Positions 20,004 to 30,980 of a stretch of 64,000 nucleotides of DNA are shown here, in pieces. The stretch is from an uncultured virus (IMG/VR IMGVR_UViG_3300023184_000085) (Duplodnaviria; Heunggongvirae; Uroviricota; Caudoviricetes). The DNA lies in IMG/VR virus record IMGVR_UViG_3300023184_000085; one strand, given 5' to 3'. Position 1 is the first letter of the stretch; the number at the start of each line of letters is the position of its first letter. The position numbers and the translations under genes were made by a program. The notes under the pieces were generated by a model, which was not told the DNA's origin, made no database searches, and was given only the letters and a program-made list of their open reading frames with translations.

Positions 20004-20225
20004 TCACAAAAATTTAAAAGTTTTATTATTTATTGTTTTAGGTTTGTTTTCTACAATTATATTTTCTTCTTTTTTGTTTTCTACAATTATATTTTCTTCT
20101 TTTTGGATCAAATTGTTATCTTCTGTTTTTGCCGAAGCTCCGCCACAACCACAAGATCTGCCACCAGATTTGATGTGTTTGTTGCTTTCGTCTATAATTA
20201 ATTTAATCCGTCTAGTATTTGACAT
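20004..20225 (-). CDS. Small protein with CGCGG motif and a 10-aa duplication
   Basis: AAGG RBS; KEENIIVENK occurs twice. Confidence 0.5.
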   Translation of the reverse strand: MSNTRRIKLIIDESNKHIKSGGRSCGCGGASAKTEDNNLIQKEENIIVENKKEENIIVENKPKTINNKTFKFL

Positions 20226-20247
20226 ACCTTATTTATTGCAGGCAAAC

Positions 20248-21780
20248 ATGTTTACAGAAGAAGAAACCTTAAAATTAATCGAAAATTCAAAAAAACTAGC
20301 ATTTGATAAACTTAAAAACAATGAATATAAATTTGTAAAAACCATATGTAATCAATTATTAAAAGTGTCTCTGGATGATACGGATGCATATCAATTCCTA
20401 GGCATATGTGAATTTAGAGAGGGTAATTTTGAAGAAGCAAAGGCTCACTTTAGTAAAATATTAAAAATCAAGAAAGACGAGAAAGATGTTGAAAACATAA
20501 ACAATATTGCTCTTTGTTACGGAAATCTTGGTGATCACAAGACGGCCATCAAATATCTCGAAAAATGCAGAAAAAATGTGCAAAACAATGAGCATCTTGA
20601 TTCTAATCTTTTAATGCAATATAGATTTGCTGGTAAAACCAAAAAAGCAATTAAATTACTAAATGACAAAATAGAAAAAGACCCAAACAATGTAAAAGAC
20701 TTGGCTTTTTTAGGTGGGTGTTACGCAGAGGCGATTAATTATAAAAAAGCATGCAAATATCTCAACAGAGCATTGGAAATAGATCCAGATTTCGATTTCG
20801 CAAAAATTGATTTAGCCAGTATATATCAATTTTTAAACCAAAGCGAAAAGGCTTGGCCTTTATACGAAGCTAGATTTAAAGTTTACGATCAATGCAAGTA
20901 CTGGAAAGGTCTTTTTGATGAAAAAAAAGAATGGAATGGAACAGATGATTTGTCTGGAAAAAGAATTATCTTACATTCTGAACAGGGATCTGGCGACATC
21001 ATACATTTTGTAAGATATGTCAAGATGATACGATCAATGGGAGCAATAGTTGTGCTTCACTGTTGGGACTCTATGAAAGATCTATTGTCTCACTTAGCAG
21101 ATGAATTGTATTTAACCGAACCTGTTATGAGATTGCCATTGATTCACGGCAACCTAACATTACCAGAATATGATTATTTTGCAGCCATAATGTCTTTACC
21201 GTATCTTTTAAAAACTAAAGAGATACCAAATCCACCATACATTTTCGCAAACAAAAAACTTGATTTTTCATCGTATAGTGAGTTTTTTAAAATTGGAATT
21301 TGTTGGGCTGGTACGCCAGCACATCCAAATGACTTCCACAGATCTGTAAAATTAGAGTTATTTCGTGATATATCTAATTTGCCATCTGTAAAGTTGTTTT
21401 CGTTGACAAAAGACACTAGGCCAAGAAAGCACAAGTTTCAAAAAAAAGAAGTCGATCTTGCGGAAAACGCACAAGACATGTCGATTGTCGATATGGCAGA
21501 ATTTATGAATTCATATGATGATACTGCGTCTATAATTTCGGAAATGGACTTAATCATTGCTGTTGACACTTCTGTTTTGCATATCGCAGGAGCATTAAAT
21601 CATCAAACTTTAGCTATAATACCTCAAAATCCAGACTGGAGATGGGGAAACGAAGGAGATAAAAGTAAATGGTATCCAAGCATAAAAATGTTCAGAAAAA
21701 AAAATAAAAATTCATGGGAAAAAACTTTTAACGATATAAAAGAAGAAGTAATAAAGAGAATGGGCGAAAAATTAAATTAA
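20248..21780 (+). CDS. TPR-repeat glycosyltransferase (GT-B, GT9-like C-terminus)
   Basis: N-terminal TPR-like repeats; EQGSGD, IGICWAG, VDTSVLHIAGAL and DWRW motifs. Confidence 0.85.
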   Translation: MFTEEETLKLIENSKKLAFDKLKNNEYKFVKTICNQLLKVSLDDTDAYQFLGICEFREGNFEEAKAHFSKILKIKKDEKDVENINNIALCYGNLGDHKTAIKYLEKCRKNVQNNEHLDSNLLMQYRFAGKTKKAIKLLNDKIEKDPNNVKDLAFLGGCYAEAINYKKACKYLNRALEIDPDFDFAKIDLASIYQFLNQSEKAWPLYEARFKVYDQCKYWKGLFDEKKEWNGTDDLSGKRIILHSEQGSGDIIHFVRYVKMIRSMGAIVVLHCWDSMKDLLSHLADELYLTEPVMRLPLIHGNLTLPEYDYFAAIMSLPYLLKTKEIPNPPYIFANKKLDFSSYSEFFKIGICWAGTPAHPNDFHRSVKLELFRDISNLPSVKLFSLTKDTRPRKHKFQKKEVDLAENAQDMSIVDMAEFMNSYDDTASIISEMDLIIAVDTSVLHIAGALNHQTLAIIPQNPDWRWGNEGDKSKWYPSIKMFRKKNKNSWEKTFNDIKEEVIKRMGEKLN

Positions 21781-22335
21781 TTTCTTTCCTTTAAACATCT
21801 TGTAATTTTTAATTTTAGTTTTTTCGAAACTTTCTATTTCTTCCAATAATTCTTTTTTTGTATATTTCAAAACAAGAAACAGATTACTGTTTAAAACTTT
21901 GAAAACATCAAATAAATCAGATATAGCATTTTTTATTTTCAATAATTTTTTGTCATACAAAACTTCGTGATCGATATCAATCGCCCAAAAATCACATTCT
22001 GAGTTGTATGTTAAAAAAGGGAATGAATTGCCAACGGTGTATAAATTTTTTAAAATACTTTTCATGTCTTTTTTATTATTGACCATTATGAGTTCGAATA
22101 TCTTGCAGAATGAAAACAAAAAAATTTGATTCTCTTTGAGATGACATTTGTTACGCAAACAAAAAGTACATAGAAAATAATCTTGATAAGTTTGTTTGTA
22201 GATTTCTATGTTTTTAGTTAAAAAACAAAACCTACACCCACAGAAACCACAAATTGAAAACAATTTTTCACTTAGATGTTCGGATGCTTCTTTGTTTTTC
22301 TTCAGAGACAAGATATTTTTCATCATTTTTTTCAT
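21772..22335 (-). CDS. Hypothetical protein with zinc finger
   Basis: CGFC...CTFC. Confidence 0.55.
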   Translation of the reverse strand: MKKMMKNILSLKKNKEASEHLSEKLFSICGFCGCRFCFLTKNIEIYKQTYQDYFLCTFCLRNKCHLKENQIFLFSFCKIFELIMVNNKKDMKSILKNLYTVGNSFPFLTYNSECDFWAIDIDHEVLYDKKLLKIKNAISDLFDVFKVLNSNLFLVLKYTKKELLEEIESFEKTKIKNYKMFKGKKLI

Positions 22336-22470
22336 ATACGCATATTGTTTTTCTATATAATTAAGTTATTATAAACATTTTATTTGAATTTATTACGATC
22401 AAAGATAAAAAATTAATTCACAAAGAACAAAAGATGTCTTTGACAACAGTTGCGAATCCATGGTGAAATT

Positions 22471-23553
22471 ATGATACATGTTACAAGACCATATCTCCCA
22501 GATATTGATAAATTCTACGAGAAAATAAAACACATATGGGAGTCAAATCATTTGACCAACAATGGTCCGCTTAATAAAGTTTTAGAAAAAAAATTAGCAA
22601 ATTATTTAGAAATTGAAGACTTGTGTTTGATAAACAATTGTACTAATGGATTGTTAATGTGTCTTAATCAATTTGAACCAGATGATGAAATCATAACAAC
22701 ACCATTTTCTTTTATAGCCACAACATCGTCAATTGTTTGGTCGAAATTAAAACCTGTTTTTTGCGATATAGACAAAGATTTTCTTTTCATGGATGTCGAT
22801 CTTGTAAAACGACTTATAACTTCAAAAACCAAAGCTATTTTGACAACTCATGTTTTCGGAAACACTGGAAACATTGATGAGTTAGAAGCTATCTGCAAAG
22901 AGAAAAACATAAGACTTATTTTCGACGCTGCTCATGCTTTTGGAGTTAAATACAAAGGCAAGTCAATATTAAAATATGGAGACATGTCAGTTTTAAGTTT
23001 TCATGCAACAAAATTTTATCACACTATCGAAGGCGGAGCTATTTATTGCAATGACAAAATGCTTATGAAAAAAATGAAAGCTGTAAAGAATTTTGGGTAC
23101 GAAGAATACGAGATAAAAGAATTGGGAATTAATTCTAAGATGTCTGAATTTAATTCTGCCATGGGATTGTGTAATCTAGAAGAAATAGATTCGATTCTTT
23201 TAAACAGAAAAAAATCTTGTGAGATGTACGATGAATATCTTGCTTGTTTATTCTATAAATGCCATTTATCTAAACCTATTATAAATCCGAATATTGAATG
23301 GAATTATTCTTATTATCCAATATTATTCAACAATGAATCCGAACTACTTGCAATAATGGAAGCTATGAAGAGTATCGATGTTTTCCCTAGAAGATATTTT
23401 TATCCTTCTCTTAACAACATAGGATATGCAAATGGCGAAATTATGGAAATATCAGAAGATGTATCGAAAAGAATAATTTGCCTTCCACTTTATCATAATT
23501 TAAGCGAAAAAAACACAAAGATGATCAGCGATATATTGCTTAGATTCTTTTGA
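22471..23553 (+). CDS. DegT/DnrJ/EryC1/StrS-family PLP-dependent sugar aminotransferase (VioA-like)
   Basis: TTPFSFIAT, DAAHAFG and SFHATK...EGG motifs. Confidence 0.95.
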   Translation: MIHVTRPYLPDIDKFYEKIKHIWESNHLTNNGPLNKVLEKKLANYLEIEDLCLINNCTNGLLMCLNQFEPDDEIITTPFSFIATTSSIVWSKLKPVFCDIDKDFLFMDVDLVKRLITSKTKAILTTHVFGNTGNIDELEAICKEKNIRLIFDAAHAFGVKYKGKSILKYGDMSVLSFHATKFYHTIEGGAIYCNDKMLMKKMKAVKNFGYEEYEIKELGINSKMSEFNSAMGLCNLEEIDSILLNRKKSCEMYDEYLACLFYKCHLSKPIINPNIEWNYSYYPILFNNESELLAIMEAMKSIDVFPRRYFYPSLNNIGYANGEIMEISEDVSKRIICLPLYHNLSEKNTKMISDILLRFF

Positions 23554-23715
23554 CGATTGCCTTCCTGTAATTACTAAATACGAATTTGAAAATATATTAA
23601 ATATTAATATTTTTGGCAAAAAAATAAGGTTTAGCAATAAATAGATAAAAGCAACAAATTGTTGTGCTTTACACTATATAAATTAAGTACCAACTGTATT
23701 TAAAGGAATGTCACT

Positions 23716-23940
23716 ATGAAATCATTCATCGATTACTGTTCTAAAACAAAAAAAGAATTGCCAATTTATTCCGTTGAAGAAAGCGGAGCGTCTCGTAGAG
23801 GCGGAATTTCCCATTGGGCATATCCTGATGGTTATATGAGATCACAATATCCAGCAGCTTATTTTATGCCAATAGCAGCTGATGCTTTATTCAAAATGGG
23901 ATCTAAAGTTGACGATAAAAAAGTAGATCGCAGAGGTTAA
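23716..23940 (+). CDS. Small protein, candidate internal head protein
   Basis: AAGGA RBS; MKSFIDY start; followed by a strong terminator. Confidence 0.6.
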   Translation: MKSFIDYCSKTKKELPIYSVEESGASRRGGISHWAYPDGYMRSQYPAAYFMPIAADALFKMGSKVDDKKVDRRG

Positions 23941-23951
23941 TCTCGCCCAAC

Positions 23952-23990
23952 AAAAAAACCATATTCGTGAAGTCACGAATATGGTTTTTT
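23952..23990. terminator. Bidirectional intrinsic terminator
   Basis: Perfect inverted repeat aaaaaaccatattcgtga/tcacgaatatggtttttt between convergent genes. Confidence 0.85.
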
Positions 23991-23995
23991 GCTAA

Positions 23996-24334
23996 TTATG
24001 GATCTATTGCTTTTCTTATTCTCATATTATGGTCTCTTTGGACCAAAGAAACATCATCAATGATGCTTCTTAACATTTCTGGAACTCGTTCCCAATAAGC
24101 CCATTGATCATCATTGTTTGGATTTTTAAACACCATGTTTCTTTTAACATACTTGTTTATAATTTCTTCGACTCTCTTTTGTGTCAACACAGATTCTTTC
24201 GCCAAAGCAGCTGTACTTCTCCATTGCCACTTTGAATTTCTCGCCAAAGCTATGAAGAATGCTTGCTCTTGATCCCCTTCGTCTGTACCTTGAGGATAAA
24301 CATCTGTCCATTTTTTTAATTTAATTTTCGCCAT
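23996..24334 (-). CDS. Putative winged-helix protein
   Basis: GGAGG RBS; WRSTAALAKESVLTQKRVEEII HTH-like segment. Confidence 0.55.
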   Translation of the reverse strand: MAKIKLKKWTDVYPQGTDEGDQEQAFFIALARNSKWQWRSTAALAKESVLTQKRVEEIINKYVKRNMVFKNPNNDDQWAYWERVPEMLRSIIDDVSLVQRDHNMRIRKAIDP

Positions 24335-24398
24335 ATTGACCTCCAAATTAAATTTAGTAACTATTATATTTATAGTTATCTAAATTAAAGGAAAAATT

Positions 24399-24851
24399 AT
24401 GAGATCCCCAAGAAAGAAAGTTTCGAGAAGAGAACAAAAACAATTAAACATTGAAAAAAGAGCCAACAATTTGTCTGGAACTGGTGTATATATATTTCAA
24501 AACATAACAAGTGGTGAATTTATGTTACCAAAGCGATCCTTAGATGGAAAAGCTAGTGTAAGGTCGAAAGATCAATTTCAAGGAGATAGTTACTTCTTTA
24601 AATTTATTGGACCTCCAACCAATTTGTTAAAACTTATTAAACGATTAGAAGAAACAAAGGAAAAGGTGGATACTATGACTGAAAAATTAATTCTCGATCA
24701 GCCCGATCAAATCACAAATCAAGGCAAGATCGAACATGTAGTGGCAGATAATCAAAAAGCATTAATTAAAGAAAATGATGCTAGTAAAAACGAAGAAAAT
24801 GTTCTAATTACAGAAAATCCAATCGATGGATTGGAGATTATATTGGGGTAA
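24399..24851 (+). CDS. Hypothetical protein
   Basis: AAGGA RBS, 150 aa. Confidence 0.6.
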   Translation: MRSPRKKVSRREQKQLNIEKRANNLSGTGVYIFQNITSGEFMLPKRSLDGKASVRSKDQFQGDSYFFKFIGPPTNLLKLIKRLEETKEKVDTMTEKLILDQPDQITNQGKIEHVVADNQKALIKENDASKNEENVLITENPIDGLEIILG

Positions 24852-25872
24852 ATTGAGTTTATTTGTATACAAAGAAAACGAACAAATACTTCAAAAAACT
24901 ATAATTGATGTTAAAGAAAAATTAAACATAGACTTTGTTGAAACATTTTTTGGTTACAACAAAGTCTATAAATTTAAAGATTTTTCATTAAGTTATTTGT
25001 CTTCCACTTCGTATTCGCAACACTTAGATGGAATTTGCGATATAAATTTTAATAGTAAAGAATTATATGTAATTTGTCCTGTAGTTTTAAGATACGGACT
25101 TTATGTTGAAGAAAATGACGAAAAAGAATACGAAGAGATAGTAAAATTATTTTTAAAAAATTTAAAGTTTTTTAATCAACAAAAAAACAAACATATATTT
25201 TTTTTGCCGGGAGACAACAAGGATGTTTACGAATGCATGCAAGACTCAATTGTTTTTACAGTTTCTCCTAGTTTAAAAACAAATGGACTTCCACTTTACT
25301 ACACTTCTCCCACAATATGCAATGAAATAACAGACATAACAACATGCCCGATAGATGTTTCATTCCAAGGATCATTAAACACTCATTCAATAAGACCAAA
25401 ATCTGTAAACACACTTTATAAAATAAAAAATTATTCCACCTTAATAGAATGTAATTTTGAATTCATAGAATTCTTAGAAAACAAAGAGTACCTTAGATCG
25501 ACTTACAAAAAATCCATAGAAAGATGCAAATTCGTTCTTTGTCCAAGAGGTCGTGGAAGCAACAGCATAAGATTTTATGAGGCTTTGAATTTTGGTAAAA
25601 TACCCATTCTTATTTCAGATGATGTGAAGCTACCATTAGAATCAAAAATAAATTATTCTGAATTTTCTATAAAAATACCAGAAAAAGATGTTTCAAAAAT
25701 TGAAAATTATATTGATGAATTTTTAAGAACCCACGACATAAAAACGGCTTCGGAAAAAGCAAGAGAGACATCTATAAAATGGTTTTCTGCTAATTCGATT
25801 TCGGATTTTGTTAATGAGTCTATAAAAGAAAAAATCACAAAAAATGTCGTAAAAGAACAATTGCTTGTTTGA
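24826..25872 (+). CDS. Exostosin-like (GT47) glycosyltransferase
   Basis: FQGS, KFVLCPRGRGSNSIRFYEAL, GKIPILISD and LPLE motifs. Confidence 0.85.
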   Translation: MDWRLYWGKLSLFVYKENEQILQKTIIDVKEKLNIDFVETFFGYNKVYKFKDFSLSYLSSTSYSQHLDGICDINFNSKELYVICPVVLRYGLYVEENDEKEYEEIVKLFLKNLKFFNQQKNKHIFFLPGDNKDVYECMQDSIVFTVSPSLKTNGLPLYYTSPTICNEITDITTCPIDVSFQGSLNTHSIRPKSVNTLYKIKNYSTLIECNFEFIEFLENKEYLRSTYKKSIERCKFVLCPRGRGSNSIRFYEALNFGKIPILISDDVKLPLESKINYSEFSIKIPEKDVSKIENYIDEFLRTHDIKTASEKARETSIKWFSANSISDFVNESIKEKITKNVVKEQLLV

Positions 25873-25873
25873 A

Positions 25874-26419
25874 CTAATTCTTAGGACCTCTTTTGAGAGG
25901 CACAGGCTTTAGTTTTTCTTGATGTTTATCTGGCTTGCCTTTTAATCCATGCATTACATTATGTAGTTGTTTTGCCACTTCAACTGCTGAATCTCCATCG
26001 CACTTTTCTGTACTTTGAATCGAAACTGATTTTCGCATCTTGTTGTAATGACCTTTGGAAATGACAAAACATTTACTGGTATCATTCCATGTCACTGCTC
26101 CTACCCAAGTACCATCATCCCAATTTCTAGAAGTAACTAACAATCTTAAGGGTTTATGCTCGAAAACATGTTTGGTATGATATCCGTGCTTTTTTAGTGC
26201 AGCACTTATGTATCCCAAAGCTATCTTGGCAAAACCATTAAGAACATCATCTTTTTTAGTTCTGTAATTTACTTCTACACTATAACGAGATATTTCAGAA
26301 ACTTCATTGATGTTTTCACGAGACGAATTAAATGAATTTAAAACAAACTCAACGATTTCATCTTGAGTAGCCTTATCAAAAGAACAAGTTTCATAAAACC
26401 AATTTTTAAAATTATTCAT
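25874..26419 (-). CDS. Hypothetical protein, candidate internal head protein
   Basis: MNNFKNWFYE start directly after the neck gene. Confidence 0.6.
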   Translation of the reverse strand: MNNFKNWFYETCSFDKATQDEIVEFVLNSFNSSRENINEVSEISRYSVEVNYRTKKDDVLNGFAKIALGYISAALKKHGYHTKHVFEHKPLRLLVTSRNWDDGTWVGAVTWNDTSKCFVISKGHYNKMRKSVSIQSTEKCDGDSAVEVAKQLHNVMHGLKGKPDKHQEKLKPVPLKRGPKN

Positions 26420-26423
26420 ATTT

Positions 26424-27293
26424 TTAACCAAAAGTAGGACCAAGTACATCACCGAATCTAGTAATTAATCTTTCTTCCCAGTCTTTTTTATCTTGGATGC
26501 CTTCTTGCAAAATAGCTTGTCCATCTAATTGAACGCCACCATTAGGACCGGGAGGATTACCAATTTTACTTCTAATTCTTCCTATAATTATTTTTGCAAA
26601 CGCCAAAGCACCTTCTTGCATTGCTTGGGTTACTTCTCTAAAGTCTGGTTTCTTCTGAAGATATTTAACCGCAACACCATAAGTTCTGTAAGGAACAGGA
26701 TAAAGTTTTATTGTGTTATATCCAGCTAACCACTCCCATCCACCTTGTTGACCAGACACTCTATTATACATATCTTCGTATTGTTTGTAGAGGACCCACT
26801 CACTCATTTTTCCCCATACTGGCTGTTGTGGATTTATACCACCAGCTATGCTTCCGTAAGCTCCAGCACCCATGTATTCCAAAGGTATTACACCACCAAG
26901 ATCTGAAGCGGAAAAAGCATAATTTGCAGTTTCTTTGTAAGATATGCTTCTTACATATCCTACATCGTTTGGTAAATCATAAACTGATTTACCCGGTACG
27001 CTATAAAATGTATAATATTGAAAATACTCAGCAGGAGCGTAATCTTCAAAAACTTGAAGACTTAAATCAACAGAAGCATCAAGTTGTTGTTGATCTAACT
27101 CTAATGTTATAACTGGCGCACCTAGCATAAGTAAAACATAGTCTCTGATTTGTTCTTTTACCTTGTCTCTATTTTTTCTAGAGCCAATCTTGTAGATAGG
27201 ATCATTGACCCCACCACCAGTTGAACATCCCGAACAAAGGTTGTTAAAGTTGTCTTGAGAAGGTCTGGTTGTGTACATCATATTATTTTGCAT
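26424..27293 (-). CDS. Neck/head-tail adaptor protein (T4 gp13-like)
   Basis: LGAPVITLELDQQQL and GRIRSK...PGPNGGVQLDG motifs. Confidence 0.85.
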   Translation of the reverse strand: MQNNMMYTTRPSQDNFNNLCSGCSTGGGVNDPIYKIGSRKNRDKVKEQIRDYVLLMLGAPVITLELDQQQLDASVDLSLQVFEDYAPAEYFQYYTFYSVPGKSVYDLPNDVGYVRSISYKETANYAFSASDLGGVIPLEYMGAGAYGSIAGGINPQQPVWGKMSEWVLYKQYEDMYNRVSGQQGGWEWLAGYNTIKLYPVPYRTYGVAVKYLQKKPDFREVTQAMQEGALAFAKIIIGRIRSKIGNPPGPNGGVQLDGQAILQEGIQDKKDWEERLITRFGDVLGPTFG

Positions 27294-27342
27294 AGGTAAT
27301 ATATATATTACTGTTACACATAAAACATTAAGGTATTAAAAA

Positions 27343-30300
27343 ATGTCAATAATAAGTTATAAAGAATATAAGATCGCAAACGACAAAGATTACTTCGTGA
27401 AAAACAATATGTTACTAGAAATGGCACAAGTTGATGACGTATCGACTTTGCCAGTTTATTTTGATGACGACGATATAGAATTCTTATCTAGTTTCCCAAC
27501 ACCTCTTTGGAGCATGGCCTTATATCAGAGATATAACACATTCTTAAGAAACGCACTATTCGAAAGATGCGAACAAAGGATAAATGTCGAACATGCAATA
27601 TATGATGAATATGTAAGAATCATAAAAGATTTTGGTAAAAAAACATATTCAAACACAACAAAAAAAGAAATAGAAATAAATTTCGAATCAATTAAAAATT
27701 TAGAAGAAACTAAAAATTTAAACATTAGCGACGAAGAAATAAACAAAACAGATAAGCAAACAATATTAGATTGGATCGATAATACAGTTTTAGTAAAAAA
27801 ACAAAACGAAGAGAATCTAGAATCAATAAAGACAGAAGATAACAAACAATTTTTTGAATTGAGTAAAACACATTACATCACTTCTTCGATTAAAGTAAAA
27901 GTAGAAAAAAATAAAATCTGTGAAAAATGTCAAGGCAAAAAAGAAATAGAATCAGAAGAAGGATTTGAAAGATGTAATGTTTGTTACGGTACAGGCAAAA
28001 TTTCTGTGAACCCAATAGAGTTTAAATGGGATGGCAAAAAATTTGTCACTATACAACAACAAAATACAATTAAAAACATATCTTTAAATGAAAAAATAAT
28101 TGAAATAACATATGATGAAAATTACAAAAATTCAATTGAAGGAACAACCATTGTAATCAATTATGATTACAATACATTCGATGAAGAAGCAATTAAAGAT
28201 TTCGCACAACTAGAAACATACAATATAATCAAAAAACACATGCCATTCCCAGTAAAAAGCAATAATTTTGATCCCGACAAAGAAGATGATTATGATTTTA
28301 GTTCTATCAAGGGTTCTAGTGTACGCTTAGCTGGCAAAATACGAGCTAAATCTTTTATCGTACGATTAATCGCAAAATTAGAACAAGACAATAACGAGCC
28401 TCATTTCAAAGGATCAGGATTGGAAGGCTCCGAAGGACAATACGGATACGATCTAAGTGGTGGGTTTGATCCAAATAAAAGATGCTCTAAAGAATCAGCA
28501 ATCACGGGATTTTTAATTCCCCAAAAACACACAATATCAACAAGCATAAAAGAATTTTTAAGTGATAACCACCATGAATACTATGGAAAAACACATGAAT
28601 TTAAAAAATACAAAGATTGCTTGGGGAAATTTCAATTTAAACAAGGAAAAATAATTTGGTTAAAATCTCCCGATATTGTAATTTTGATGAAATACCACAA
28701 AAAACATCTATACAATGACAATTCAAATATTGGACCAAGCAAGTATAAAAATATTAATATAATATTTAAATTTATCAAAAACGAAACCAGTGAAAATATC
28801 AAAAACATGAAAGAAGAATTAATAAAAGAATACGGAAAAGAAGCATACGAAGATTCTATAAAAAAATTAAAAGATCTACATGATATAAAAGTTAATGTAG
28901 AGTATACCGAAACTGAACGGAAACAAAAATTTGAAACCATCAAAGACGATAACATTAAATCAAAATTTAAATTCGCTGAAGAAAAACAAGAAGTGTCGTA
29001 TGGTCCAATAATGGGCATTAAAAAAGGTGATTTGGGGGATACAGATCACCTTGAAGGTATAAAATCGTTAATACAATCAAGAGTTTATAATGCTCTCAGG
29101 ATTAGTATAAATAGTGGAAATGATGAAACTTTTAGTTTTAAGTATTTTACAAACGGAGTGGAATCAAAATACAATCTTCCAATTCATCCCATGGACGATT
29201 GGGAAGATGTAAACAAAAAATCTACAAATGGACAAAAAAACATATACATAAAAAAACTGAATGATACCATAACTGATGCCAGTAACAAAGAAGCAATTCA
29301 AAATTATCTCAAAGAATACGACAATGATTATATAATAGCCATCAAAACATTCTCAAGCAAAGGAAGAAATATTTTTGGTATAATTGCAAGTAAAATTGCA
29401 AATACAATAATGAAAGAACTTATTAAAGATAAGAAAATTTCCATTCCTCATCAAAAAAACAAGTATCTCGATCATCCAGCTAAATCACAAGTTACTCATC
29501 ATAAACTTGGTGGCGGTAAAAATTTTAAGGCTGGAAATATCGTTCTGCCAAGCCAAATAAAAAGTATAAAATATATCAATGAAAAGGGAGAAGTAGAGGA
29601 GAGGGAACTACATGTAGCTTTGGTTCTTCCTAGTCACCCACACAGACCTTTTAAATCTGGAGATGATTACGAATACGAGAAGGACGATGAATTTAGGGAT
29701 AATACAATTCATTCCGATAAGGAAGAAAGACGAACCGGACACTACGGAGATAGAGCAAAAGTTACCAGTGAAGAAAACGAGATGGGAGGAAGCCAACTGT
29801 CGGGAGCAAGAACTCCGGGCTTAAAATTAAATTCAAACGATAAACCACAAAAAACCTATCCTAGAGGTACACCACAATACATACAAGCATATAAATCGAT
29901 CAATGAAAGAAGCGACATGGTTTATAAGCCTATAACAGACATGGGAATATCTAATATTAAAGAAGTGAAAGAAGCTATCGAAAAATACAAAAAAGAAAAT
30001 AATTATAATATAGATGAAGAGCGTGAGCGTCCAATTTATATTGAAGCCATATGTGAAGTTTTCAAAAGTATTCATGGTTCTAGAGAAAAAATTGCAATTT
30101 GTTTCGAAAAATTTCTTAATTATTTAGAAGAGCAAGTAAGAAATAATTTAAGAAATAAAATGGTTACTTACAAAGAAGAAATTTTAGACCCTAATGATAA
30201 AGAAAAAGAAAAAGAAATAAAGAAAGCAAGAAACACATTCAAGAAATGGCTTAAAGGTAAGTTAAAGTCTAAAGTTGCAGAACATAATGTTTGCGAAAAC

Positions 30301-30966
30301 GATGATACTGGATCAAGAAGATTGTCTCCGATTAAGGAAAAGGTAGGTAAATTTTTTAATAATAAAGGTGGAGATGAAGGAAATACCGAAAGAGAACTCG
30401 AAGATCCTCTGTTGAATGACAAAACAGCTACAACTGATATATACAAAGACATATGGAATACAGAAGTCAAGGGAGGTAAAATTCCACAAACAAAGAGAAA
30501 AATAACAGATGTAAGAGAAGCTCTTCGAAATGATAAAACACCATTAGATGCGGATGGTGAATTTGCAAAAATGGCCATTTTGCACATCGCAGATAATTTT
30601 AAAAATATATACAGTATTGGTATTGAGAGAGACGAATTAATAAACAAAGCAATGTCATTAGGAAATGACTATTTAAAAAGCAACGAATTGTTTAATGGTC
30701 GCTCAAATATATTTTATAAAAATGTAGATTCAAAAATAAAAAAATATTTATCTAACACAGAACTTCTTGATGAACTTATTGATGAACTTAAGAATGATAT
30801 AGATCCAGATGAACTAAAGAAAAAGAATAATATAGCTCCAGAGCCAATAACAACGACTCCAAAGCCAATAACAACGACTCCAGAGCCAACAACGACAATA
30901 ACTACAACAACTACGCCACCTCCAAGGAAAAGTATAAGAGATTACGCCAAAAAGAACAAAAACTAA
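27343..30966 (+). CDS. Very large hypothetical protein with DnaJ-type CxxCxG repeats and Pro/Thr tail
   Basis: 1207 aa; CEKCQG...CNVCYGTG; 21-bp repeats near the 3' end. Confidence 0.7.
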   Translation: MSIISYKEYKIANDKDYFVKNNMLLEMAQVDDVSTLPVYFDDDDIEFLSSFPTPLWSMALYQRYNTFLRNALFERCEQRINVEHAIYDEYVRIIKDFGKKTYSNTTKKEIEINFESIKNLEETKNLNISDEEINKTDKQTILDWIDNTVLVKKQNEENLESIKTEDNKQFFELSKTHYITSSIKVKVEKNKICEKCQGKKEIESEEGFERCNVCYGTGKISVNPIEFKWDGKKFVTIQQQNTIKNISLNEKIIEITYDENYKNSIEGTTIVINYDYNTFDEEAIKDFAQLETYNIIKKHMPFPVKSNNFDPDKEDDYDFSSIKGSSVRLAGKIRAKSFIVRLIAKLEQDNNEPHFKGSGLEGSEGQYGYDLSGGFDPNKRCSKESAITGFLIPQKHTISTSIKEFLSDNHHEYYGKTHEFKKYKDCLGKFQFKQGKIIWLKSPDIVILMKYHKKHLYNDNSNIGPSKYKNINIIFKFIKNETSENIKNMKEELIKEYGKEAYEDSIKKLKDLHDIKVNVEYTETERKQKFETIKDDNIKSKFKFAEEKQEVSYGPIMGIKKGDLGDTDHLEGIKSLIQSRVYNALRISINSGNDETFSFKYFTNGVESKYNLPIHPMDDWEDVNKKSTNGQKNIYIKKLNDTITDASNKEAIQNYLKEYDNDYIIAIKTFSSKGRNIFGIIASKIANTIMKELIKDKKISIPHQKNKYLDHPAKSQVTHHKLGGGKNFKAGNIVLPSQIKSIKYINEKGEVEERELHVALVLPSHPHRPFKSGDDYEYEKDDEFRDNTIHSDKEERRTGHYGDRAKVTSEENEMGGSQLSGARTPGLKLNSNDKPQKTYPRGTPQYIQAYKSINERSDMVYKPITDMGISNIKEVKEAIEKYKKENNYNIDEERERPIYIEAICEVFKSIHGSREKIAICFEKFLNYLEEQVRNNLRNKMVTYKEEILDPNDKEKEKEIKKARNTFKKWLKGKLKSKVAEHNVCENDDTGSRRLSPIKEKVGKFFNNKGGDEGNTERELEDPLLNDKTATTDIYKDIWNTEVKGGKIPQTKRKITDVREALRNDKTPLDADGEFAKMAILHIADNFKNIYSIGIERDELINKAMSLGNDYLKSNELFNGRSNIFYKNVDSKIKKYLSNTELLDELIDELKNDIDPDELKKKNNIAPEPITTTPKPITTTPEPTTTITTTTTPPPRKSIRDYAKKNKN

Positions 30967-30980
30967 ATTAAGGTAAAAAA

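Noticed and set aside
20044..20247. N-terminal extension of the TPR-GT ORF from 20044
   Set aside because: Overlaps the opposite-strand gene 20004..20225; ATG 20248 is the more plausible start.
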